From an uncultured bacterium (lineage in GTDB: Bacteria > Planctomycetota > Phycisphaerae > Phycisphaerales > SM1A02): a stretch of DNA of 64,000 bases. The position numbers and the translations under genes were made by a program. Of this stretch, positions 26,468-34,522 are shown in pieces. Within the stretch, counting starts at the first letter, position 1, and every line of letters begins with the position of its first letter. The DNA lies in assembly GCA_965369945.1 (NCBI GenBank), contig CBDUST010000001.1:15201-79200 (forward strand), written 5' to 3'. The notes beneath the pieces were generated by a model. The model was not told where the DNA came from, made no database searches, and saw only the letters and a program-made list of their open reading frames with translations.

Positions 26468-26720
26468 ATTCTACTTACCTCCCAACCACGGATTCATGTA
26501 AAAGCCCCGGCCCGGGGTATAGGGCCCGCCAGCCCGCAGTGGGCCAATGCACTCAAATGGGGCCGGAACAGCCAGTGTCCCGTCCACAGCACGCCGCGTC
26601 AAGGACGAAGTGCTCGTCTGGCCAATACGCAGACCGATCACAATTGGTTCCCACGGCACAGCTTACCTAGGGGGCCACGGGGGCTGGGGGAGCCGGCAGC
26701 ATCAACCCGCCCGGTGGTTG

Positions 26721-28451
26721 TTAGGCCTGGGTTGCGCGGAGGGCCTCCAGGATCGTGGTGACACCGGCTCTGACCTTTCCGAAGCCGGCGTCGCGCAGCA
26801 GCGTGGTATCGCCGGCTGCCGCAGCTGCCTTGGCGATCTGGCGGGCATTGGCACGGGTCATGACCATCTCGCGAGTTTGCTCGCCCATCACCAGTAGCTC
26901 GTAGATGCCGACGCGGCCTCGAAAACCCGTCTGGCGGCACTCCCGGCACCCTGGCCCGTGGTAGAGCTGAAGGCCTCTTGACCGCTTGAAATCGGGTGGG
27001 AACTCGCTGGCCTCGGGGGAGTACGGCTCCTTGCAGGCGCTACAAATCCGCCGCACCAGTCGCTGGGCCATCACCCCCTCCAGGGAGCTGGCCACCAGGA
27101 ATGGTTCCACGCCCATATCCAGCAGTCGAGTCAACGCTCCTGGCGCGTCGTTGGTATGCAGCGTCGAAAAGACCAGGTGCCCCGTCAGCGACGCCTGCAC
27201 CGCCGCCTCAGCCGTCTCCAAATCGCGGATCTCCCCGATCATGATCGTGTCCGGGTCGTGGCGCAGGATCGACCGCAAGCCGGCGGCGAAGGTCAGTCCT
27301 ACCTGGGGCTTGACCTGGATCTGATTGACCCCATCGACGTGATATTCGACCGGGTCTTCGACGGTGATCGCTTTGACTTCGTCGCTGACGATGCGCTTCA
27401 GCGATGCGTATAGCGTCGTCGATTTGCCGCAGCCGGTGGGGCCGGTCACGAGCAGAATCCCATGCGGGCGGAGGATCAACTCGTCCCAGCGGCGCAGATT
27501 CTCCTCATCCATGCCCAGCTCTTCCAACTGGAACATGGCCGCGCTTTTGTTGAGGATCCGCAACACCACCCCTTCGCCAAAGATCATGGGAATCACGCTG
27601 ACGCGCAGGTCGTATTCCTTTGCCTTATGACGCAGCGTAATTCGGCCGTCCTGCGGCAGGCGCTTCTCGGCAATGTTGAGATTCGCCATGATCTTGATTC
27701 GGCTGATGATCGCATTGCGGAATCGATTGACCGTCGTAGGCACACCGGCGTGGCTGAGCACGCCATCGATGCGATAGCGGATCTCCAAGCGATCTTCAAA
27801 CGGCTCGATATGAACATCAGTCGCGCGCTCGCGGATCGCCTCGATCATCAGGTCGTTGACGAGCTTGATGACGCTGGCCGCTTGGGCTTGCTCCAGCTCC
27901 TGCGCCTCGGCGCCCTCGACGTCGGTCTCGGTGAAATCGATCTCGGCCGACAATTCGTCGAGCGTGTCACCGGCCACACCGTAGTGTGTCCGAATGAACT
28001 TGCGGATGTCCTGCTCATCTGCCAGGACCAGCTCGATCGCCATGCCGGTCAATAAGCGCAGTTCGTCAAAGGCGGTCAGCTCGAAAGGATCGCACGTAGC
28101 GACCTGCAACGCGCCGTTATGGCGCCCAATGGGAATGCACTGTTGTTTGAAGACGAGCTTGGGGGGCAGCGTCCCCAGTATGTCCTCAGCCACCTCCAGG
28201 CCGTTGAGGTCGACGATCGGCATCGCGAACTGCTGACCGATCGCCTTCAGTACATCACCAGAGCTGACGAACCCCAGGCGCACCAGCGCATGGTCCAGCC
28301 GCTCGCCGGTGCGGTTCTGCTCGGCGATCGCCTCTTCGAGCTGCTCTTCCTTGATCAGCCCCCGTTCAAGAAGAATGCTTCCAATACCCACGGCATCCTC
28401 ATTGTACCGCTGCGGCGGGTCAGGGATTCGATCAATCGCCAGCGTCGTCAT
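26721..28451 (-). CDS. GspE/PilB-family secretion ATPase
   Basis: The N-terminal T2SSE_N-like region reads LLERGLIKEEQLEEAIAEQ. Walker A is GPTGCGKSTT. The Asp and His boxes and a C-terminal CxxC...CxxC cluster are present. Confidence 0.9.
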   Translation of the reverse strand: MTTLAIDRIPDPPQRYNEDAVGIGSILLERGLIKEEQLEEAIAEQNRTGERLDHALVRLGFVSSGDVLKAIGQQFAMPIVDLNGLEVAEDILGTLPPKLVFKQQCIPIGRHNGALQVATCDPFELTAFDELRLLTGMAIELVLADEQDIRKFIRTHYGVAGDTLDELSAEIDFTETDVEGAEAQELEQAQAASVIKLVNDLMIEAIRERATDVHIEPFEDRLEIRYRIDGVLSHAGVPTTVNRFRNAIISRIKIMANLNIAEKRLPQDGRITLRHKAKEYDLRVSVIPMIFGEGVVLRILNKSAAMFQLEELGMDEENLRRWDELILRPHGILLVTGPTGCGKSTTLYASLKRIVSDEVKAITVEDPVEYHVDGVNQIQVKPQVGLTFAAGLRSILRHDPDTIMIGEIRDLETAEAAVQASLTGHLVFSTLHTNDAPGALTRLLDMGVEPFLVASSLEGVMAQRLVRRICSACKEPYSPEASEFPPDFKRSRGLQLYHGPGCRECRQTGFRGRVGIYELLVMGEQTREMVMTRANARQIAKAAAAAGDTTLLRDAGFGKVRAGVTTILEALRATQA

Positions 28452-28536
28452 CGCCGGGTGATATCGACTCAGAGCGATGAATCGCCCTAACCGATAACTG
28501 AAAGGGGCGTTGGGCTGGAGTAAGTGGTTGGATCAC

Positions 28537-28580
28537 GCGAAGCCGCAAGCGGCCGGAGTCGCCGCCGCTTGCGGCTTCGC
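28537..28580 (-). terminator. 17-bp perfect GC-rich inverted repeat, terminator-like or REP-like
   Basis: GCGAAGCCGCAAGCGGC (28537-28553) faces GCCGCTTGCGGCTTCGC (28564-28580). It lies 4 nt after the FIST gene stop. No U-run follows. Confidence 0.4.
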
Positions 28581-28583
28581 GCC

Positions 28584-29795
28584 CTACCTCGTCCCCGTCC
28601 CCCGAAATAGCGCCAGCACCGCGGTATGGCCGTGCAGGAATGACTGACTGCCGATGGGGCCGATCTCGCCCGCTGCGAAGAAGCCTGCGAGCGGAACTTC
28701 GCCAAGGCGATCTAGGATGACACCCACATCATGATTCTCGTCTTGGAACAACTGCTTGCCCCGACCGTTGCACGTAAACAGCAACGCGCCGAACGGCGGC
28801 TCCTTCATTTGCTGACCGTCAAGCAATAGCTGCAAATCTTCGTCGGCGGTTTCCGCATCCCGCACGTGAAACTGCATCGTCTGCCCAACGCGAGGGATAT
28901 CGCCCAAGGCGATTGCGCCGTGCTTCTTGTCGTACCCCAGCATGTTGCGGACGATGAAGTCGCCGCGCCCGAACCGTTCCTTGTATTCGTCGATCACCAT
29001 TCCCACAAGCAGCCCCTGCGAGAGCAACGATCGCTCGTGCTCGTCGAAGCTGTTGGTCAACTCTTGCACGACGTCCAACGCCTTGCGACCGCCGAGCTGG
29101 AGCACGACATTCCCCTCACATTTGGTGATGACCAGCGGCTCGCCGATCGGTCGGCAACCTTGGCTGACGACCATCTCGATCTCGACGGCGCCGCTGATCG
29201 TTACGCCGATCACCCCCGTATTTGTCGTTCGATCGTCTTGAACCAAAACGTTATGCCCAGGCTGGCTCGCGCCCGAGCACATCCCGCCCGCGACGGGCAC
29301 GGGTTGCTCCTTCCCACCGCAGATTGTCATGGCGGGCAAGAGCTTCGTGATCGGCGTCGAGAACGGGTCGCCGAGCATGAGCACCGTACGCAGCTCATCA
29401 GTAAGGCCGATGTGATCGCGCATCGCTTGACGTGATCTGAGGATTCCCGCGTGGTGTTCAGCTTGATACGACCAAGGGTGCAGATCCACGCCCGGCAGTT
29501 GGAATGTGATCGCCGACATCCCGGCCAGTCCCTCCAGCTCCCGATCGACGCCCAGCACTGCCTCGGCTGTGACCCCGAGCATTTGACGCGGCCCCAGCGT
29601 GTTGCGCACCGTCTCGGCCGCTTCGGCCAGCGCAGCGCGATGGTGAAAGCTCGCGAACAGCATCACCAAATCGCATGACGCGCCGATGTGGTCGTACAGA
29701 TCGTGGGCCACCTCCGTTGCCGCGGTACGCGTATCAAGATGCCCACTGATTGCCGCAGCTGCGAAAGGAACGGTCGCCATCGACTCTGTGCTCAT
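28584..29795 (-). CDS. FIST-domain sensory protein
   Basis: The FIST_C-type ending reads ALLFTCNGRGKQLF...VPLAGFFAAGEIGP. The start was set at the internal ATG (MSTESMATVPF); the ORF extends to 29882. Confidence 0.75.
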   Translation of the reverse strand: MSTESMATVPFAAAAISGHLDTRTAATEVAHDLYDHIGASCDLVMLFASFHHRAALAEAAETVRNTLGPRQMLGVTAEAVLGVDRELEGLAGMSAITFQLPGVDLHPWSYQAEHHAGILRSRQAMRDHIGLTDELRTVLMLGDPFSTPITKLLPAMTICGGKEQPVPVAGGMCSGASQPGHNVLVQDDRTTNTGVIGVTISGAVEIEMVVSQGCRPIGEPLVITKCEGNVVLQLGGRKALDVVQELTNSFDEHERSLLSQGLLVGMVIDEYKERFGRGDFIVRNMLGYDKKHGAIALGDIPRVGQTMQFHVRDAETADEDLQLLLDGQQMKEPPFGALLFTCNGRGKQLFQDENHDVGVILDRLGEVPLAGFFAAGEIGPIGSQSFLHGHTAVLALFRGTGTR

Positions 29796-29912
29796 AAAGC
29801 CGATCGTAGCGGCAAGATGGCGAAAGGGGGAGGATTCCAAAAGCTGCTGGTCCAACGGAGAACGGTGGTTACCTGTGAGCACTTTGCCGCACCACTCGCT
29901 TAGAATGGGCGA

Positions 29913-32009
29913 TTGACCGCCGACGGTAGATCGAGGAGATCAGCTCTGGACAGCTTGTTGCATCAGAACGATCGAGGTCGCTTGGCCCACTCGCTTCACC
30001 GAGGCTTCGACGCGCTGCTGTCGGTGCAGAACGACGATGGCCACTTCTGCGGCGAACTCCAAGGTGATTCCATCCTCCAAAGTGAATACCTGCTGATGAA
30101 GTTCATCCTTTCCCAGGAGGATGAACCGTTGGCGGATGGTCGAGAAGCCGGCGAAGTACTACCAAAGATTGCAAACTACTTGCGCAGCCTTCAGCGCGAC
30201 GACGGCTCATGGGGGCAGTATCCGGGTTCGGGTGCCGATCTATCGGCGACAGTCAAGGGATACTTCGCGCTGAAGCTCATGGGCGACGATCCCGGCGCTC
30301 AGCACATGGTCAAAGCTCGCCAAGTTGTGCTGAACCTCGGCGGCGCGGAACGGTGCAACAGCTTCTCGAACTTCTATTTGGCGTGTTTGGGGCAGGTTCC
30401 TTTTGACGCCTTGCCCGCGATTCCGCCGGAGATCATCTTCTTTCCGCGATGGCTCTACTTCTCGATGAACAAAGTCAGCGCATGGACACGCACGATGATC
30501 ATGCCGCTGGCGTTGGTCACGACGCTTCGCCCGACGCGCAAACTCCCAGCTCATTTGACGATCGACGAATTGTTCTGCTCCCAGCGCGATCGTCAACGAT
30601 TTACGTTCGCCCTCGCCCAAAGCGCACCGCCTGGTTGGGCAGCGTTCTTCCTGACGATCGATCGCGTGCTCAAGATCGTTCATCGATTGGGCGGATCACC
30701 GTTCCAGCGGCTCGCAATAAAGAAGGCCGAGCAGTGGATGTTGGCGCGGCTGGGTCAGGATGGACCAGCTGCCACCGCCGGTCTTGGCGCGATCTTCCCG
30801 CCGATGGTCTACATACAGATTGCACTAAAAGCGTTGGGATATTCGCGCGACAATCCCGTGATTCAGCGCGCCGAGCGCGAACTCGATGCGTTTTTCATCG
30901 AGGACGACGATGCGATTCGTATTCAGCCGTGCTTCAGCCCTGTTTGGGATACGGGTATTGCGCTCTATGCGTTGACTGATTGTGGTTTGAACATCAAGCA
31001 TCGGGCGGTCAAGCATGCGGCATCGTGGTTGGCGAGCAAGGAGTGTCGACATCGCGGTGATTGGGCGGACAACGTCAAGCCGCACGCGCGGCCGGCCGGG
31101 TGGTATTTCGAATATCACAACGCGTGGTATCCGGATGTTGACGACACGGCAATGGTCGCGATGGGTTTGAAGCGGGCCGGCGGGCGCGAGAACATTGCAG
31201 CGGCCAAGCGCGGCGTGCAGTGGATGTTGACCATGCAAAACGATGACGGCGGGTGGGCGGCGTTTGATAAGACCCAACATCGTCAGATTCTCGAATATAT
31301 CCCGTTTGCCGACCACAATGCGATGCAGGATCCATCGTGCCCGGATATCACCGGGCGAACGCTGGAATGTCTCAGTTGGCATGGGTTCACCAACGACGAT
31401 GAGCCGGTGCGCCGCGCGATTGACTACATCAAGAATCAGCAGCTCCCCGAGGGATGTTGGTTCGGCAGGTGGGGGGTGAATTACATCTACGGTACGTGGC
31501 AGGCGGTCGTCGGGCCGATCCGTTGCGGCGAAGATCATGACCAGGATTGGATTCAACGCGCCGGACGATGGATCAAGTCTGTGCAACAAGAAGACGGTTC
31601 GTTCGGCGAAACAGCCAATTCATACATCGATAAGACGATGAAAGGCCGGGGACCGTCTACTGCTTCGCAAACTGCATGGGCGGCGATGGTCTTGCAGGAA
31701 ATCTACGGCGAGGATGATCCTGATCTTCACCGCGCGATTGAATGGTTGGCAAGCACGCAACTGACGGATGCTCAAGCGGCGGATCGCGCGCTGAATCCTG
31801 ATGGTGATCCAGCCGGCTCGTGGTGTGAGCCTTGGTTCACGGGCACAGGTTTTCCGCGTGTGTTCTATCTACGTTATCACTTGTACCGGTTGTACTTCCC
31901 GGTGATGGCGATTGGTAGGTATCTGGCTGCGCACGGCGTTTCGATTGACGATGCGCCGATCGAGCAGTCGGTGATCAAGATGATGCCGAAGGTAGCAGTG
32001 GGGGCGTGA
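29913..32009 (+). CDS. shc: squalene-hopene cyclase
   Basis: The DxDD motif lies in WYPDVDDTAMV. There are multiple QW-type repeats (DGSWGQYPG, QNDDGGWAAFD, EGCWFGRWG, QEDGSFGE). The first in-frame start is a TTG, so the 5' end is approximate. Confidence 0.95.
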   Translation: MTADGRSRRSALDSLLHQNDRGRLAHSLHRGFDALLSVQNDDGHFCGELQGDSILQSEYLLMKFILSQEDEPLADGREAGEVLPKIANYLRSLQRDDGSWGQYPGSGADLSATVKGYFALKLMGDDPGAQHMVKARQVVLNLGGAERCNSFSNFYLACLGQVPFDALPAIPPEIIFFPRWLYFSMNKVSAWTRTMIMPLALVTTLRPTRKLPAHLTIDELFCSQRDRQRFTFALAQSAPPGWAAFFLTIDRVLKIVHRLGGSPFQRLAIKKAEQWMLARLGQDGPAATAGLGAIFPPMVYIQIALKALGYSRDNPVIQRAERELDAFFIEDDDAIRIQPCFSPVWDTGIALYALTDCGLNIKHRAVKHAASWLASKECRHRGDWADNVKPHARPAGWYFEYHNAWYPDVDDTAMVAMGLKRAGGRENIAAAKRGVQWMLTMQNDDGGWAAFDKTQHRQILEYIPFADHNAMQDPSCPDITGRTLECLSWHGFTNDDEPVRRAIDYIKNQQLPEGCWFGRWGVNYIYGTWQAVVGPIRCGEDHDQDWIQRAGRWIKSVQQEDGSFGETANSYIDKTMKGRGPSTASQTAWAAMVLQEIYGEDDPDLHRAIEWLASTQLTDAQAADRALNPDGDPAGSWCEPWFTGTGFPRVFYLRYHLYRLYFPVMAIGRYLAAHGVSIDDAPIEQSVIKMMPKVAVGA

Positions 32010-32115
32010 CGCACTTAAGCGAGCCGGCTCGTCCCCGAGCCCGGTTGACGTCCCCTTACCCACATCTGGTCGGTAAGGGTGAGGCATGCACGCCATGGGC
32101 TTTTTCTGCTGAACG

Positions 32116-32148
32116 AAACCACAGATGCACACAGATAGACACAGATGG
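32116..32148. repeat. dispersed CACAGATG-type repeat, copy 3 (three units)
   Basis: The sequence is AAACCACAGATGCACACAGATAGACACAGATGG. It is followed by the hairpin CCGTCGGG-CTTGA-CCCGACGG. Confidence 0.85.
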
Positions 32149-32230
32149 TCTCGCCGCCAAGTTTAGCCGTCGGGCTTGACCCGACGGAGCGATGGCGAGG
32201 AACCTCACCCATCCCCGCCAATCTGTGGAG

Positions 32231-32785
32231 TCACGGCGACGAGTCAGCTTCTCGTGACTCCGAGTTCGTCAGGGCATCGTGATTCCACTCGATCCCGCGT
32301 AGAAAATCGATTGCGCTGGATTCCGACCAAGCCGCGTTGCTGGTTACGACAACTCGCCACTGGCCGCGCTCTGCATATGCAAACAGCTCCTCCCCGGTCT
32401 CTACGAGGAGGTGCCAGGTGACACCGCCCAAAACGATCTCCGTGTTGATATCGAAACGATCGCTTTTAAGGAAACCTGTAATTAATTCCATGCTCGCAAT
32501 AGTACCGTGTACAGTTCCTTCAGCCTCCTCTATCGTTCGGTAGGCGACGCGCAGTCCCCGGGATCCATCCCCGTTTTGCTGCAGCGCACCGACATCATCG
32601 AAGCTGTCTGTCACAACAACGACACGAAAGCTGGAAGGTAGTGTTATACGAGTGAGTGGCCCGGAGTAATTTCCAGAGCGCATATAATCCAATACGATGG
32701 ACTCGGACCCTCGGGGGAACGCAATTACGCCAAAAAGGGCAAGCAGGATCACCAAAACCCACGGTACAATTAGGCTCAGCTTCAT
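32231..32785 (-). CDS. hypothetical signal-anchored or secreted protein, 184 aa
   Basis: GGAG lies 7 nt upstream of the ATG. The N-terminal hydrophobic segment is MKLSLIVPWVLVILLALFGVIAF. The DNA is A/T-richer than its neighbours. No family was recognised. Confidence 0.6.
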   Translation of the reverse strand: MKLSLIVPWVLVILLALFGVIAFPRGSESIVLDYMRSGNYSGPLTRITLPSSFRVVVVTDSFDDVGALQQNGDGSRGLRVAYRTIEEAEGTVHGTIASMELITGFLKSDRFDINTEIVLGGVTWHLLVETGEELFAYAERGQWRVVVTSNAAWSESSAIDFLRGIEWNHDALTNSESREADSSP

Positions 32786-33058
32786 TGGTTAGCTCCGAAA
32801 CACTGTACCTCCTTTCGGCGATGTCCTTACGCTCTCGCCTCTTACTCTTGCTTGGACTCAAGAGTAGGCACAGTCGCCTATTTCTTCGATTCGCGCGAAA
32901 AGCGGAAAGTTTGGCCACGGCGCGTGATCGTCCCAGTGAGCCGGGTTGTGTCAACCCGGTTCGCGCCCGTACATAATTCAACGCCGATTGGGTAACGTAG
33001 CGTCAATCCATCGCTCACATAAACCGGGGCGACACGCCCCGACTCGCTACCCCACCCC

Positions 33059-34381
33059 TTATTTGACCAAAATCTCATAGCTGAACTCACCGGTCTTGCG
33101 GTCGCGATTCCAGCGAATCGAAAGCGACTTGGGTTCCAGATGCTCCGTTGCGATGCCCGGCGGCGTGGGGATCGTCTCCTCGAAATCGCGATCACGACGA
33201 CTCGACCCCCGGCGCTTGGGCTTGGTCACGACGAACACCGGCTGCTCGGTCGCCAACGTATCCGTGGGAATCGTGTACATCTCGTCTTCCCACCCTTTCA
33301 GCTCGATCTGGATCCCGTGCTTTTGCACCGTATACGTAAAGCCTAGATCGCTAAGGCTGTCGTGAAGCTCGGCAAGCGTTTGCGGCGACTTCCCCTTGCG
33401 ACTGAGGAACAGCGCCCCTTCAGCAAGGAACTCGATCCGCTCCAACGCGGTGACAAACGAGCTGGGCTTGGCAGCGAGCGCATACTTCTTCCAGCGATTC
33501 TCGAACGCTTCAAAGTCGTCTGTTTCAAAGGCGCGGATGAACGCCGTCTCCGAATTGAACCCCGCGTTGATCGCGCGAAGGTACGCTTCGAACCGTTCGA
33601 CATAGCGTCCATTGTCGCCATACACCAGAAAGTGAACCATCGACCACGCCTGGTGGTACTGCCCGCTCGCACCCCCGGCACGCAGCGTCTTGGACCATTG
33701 CTGGCGCGTCATCGTGAGCATCTTGCGAAACTTGATGTACGTCCCCAGTTCGATGGCATTCTTGACGGAGTTGATCACGCGCGGATTGCTCTGGCCGATG
33801 ATGAAGCTGCGATTGACGAGCACCGACTCGGCGAAGAACTCCGCAAGCCCTTCGTTGACCCAACTTGGAAGGTCCGATCCGAATCGGGTGTAGGCGAATT
33901 GGTGGAAGCCTTCGTGTTGAATGACGTTGATGATGCGCCTCTGGGGAAGCGACTCGGTCCACAGGGCGAGCGCGCTGCCGGAGGGGTTGACGAAGAAGAT
34001 GCCGCCGGTGCCCGAGCCGTTTACGCCGTAGCGGGTGCGCAGGGTTTGCACGTACTCGTTGCGGTTGGCGAAGATCATCACGTTCATCGGCGTGGGTGAA
34101 CGCTGGGGCAACGAGGCAAGTCGCTTGGAGTACTCGTCGTACATCGCGTTGAGATGTCGGGCGATGTCGTTGGCTTGATCCGCCGGCAGATCGGTCTTGA
34201 TGTGGTAGTGGCCGATCTTGCGTTCAGCGGCCCGATTCCACCACGGAAGCTGAGCTTGGCGCTGGGCGATGGCGGGCTGCGCGAGGAGGAAAAGCACGGG
34301 CAATACCGTCCACAAAAGTCCGCCACTCTCATGCCCGGCTCGTACCTTCGAACGTCTGCAATTCATCAACAGCCGCATCAT
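33059..34381 (-). CDS. DUF1570-like putative zinc peptidase
   Basis: HEGFHQF is followed by WVNEGLAEFF (HExxH plus a downstream Glu). An N-terminal signal is present. Confidence 0.8.
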   Translation of the reverse strand: MMRLLMNCRRSKVRAGHESGGLLWTVLPVLFLLAQPAIAQRQAQLPWWNRAAERKIGHYHIKTDLPADQANDIARHLNAMYDEYSKRLASLPQRSPTPMNVMIFANRNEYVQTLRTRYGVNGSGTGGIFFVNPSGSALALWTESLPQRRIINVIQHEGFHQFAYTRFGSDLPSWVNEGLAEFFAESVLVNRSFIIGQSNPRVINSVKNAIELGTYIKFRKMLTMTRQQWSKTLRAGGASGQYHQAWSMVHFLVYGDNGRYVERFEAYLRAINAGFNSETAFIRAFETDDFEAFENRWKKYALAAKPSSFVTALERIEFLAEGALFLSRKGKSPQTLAELHDSLSDLGFTYTVQKHGIQIELKGWEDEMYTIPTDTLATEQPVFVVTKPKRRGSSRRDRDFEETIPTPPGIATEHLEPKSLSIRWNRDRKTGEFSYEILVK

Positions 34382-34522
34382 GTGCTCGAATTCTACGTTC
34401 GCACCAGCAGTCCGCGGGGTCCAAAAACACAGCCTGATCGGGCAGAACCCGGTCAGGCCGCGTGGGGGAAGAGGAGAAGGATCGAGGGTCGGAGCCCCGA
34501 AGGGCCCGGCCTCATCACCTTG

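Noticed and set aside
26471-26659. A 62-aa minus-strand ORF in the gap between the PilB-like gene and the coiled-coil gene.
   Set aside because: It has no SD and a Gly/Pro/Arg-rich composition. It ends inside the SD region of the next gene. I treated the gap as intergenic.
29052-29061. GTTGGTCAAC / TTTGGTCAA matches to the tandem-array unit elsewhere (about 29052, 35519, 24924 in reverse complement, 14207 and 46637), considered as dispersed operator sites.
   Set aside because: Most lie inside coding regions. An 8-10-mer recurring a few times in 128 kb of two-strand sequence with biased codon usage is compatible with chance.
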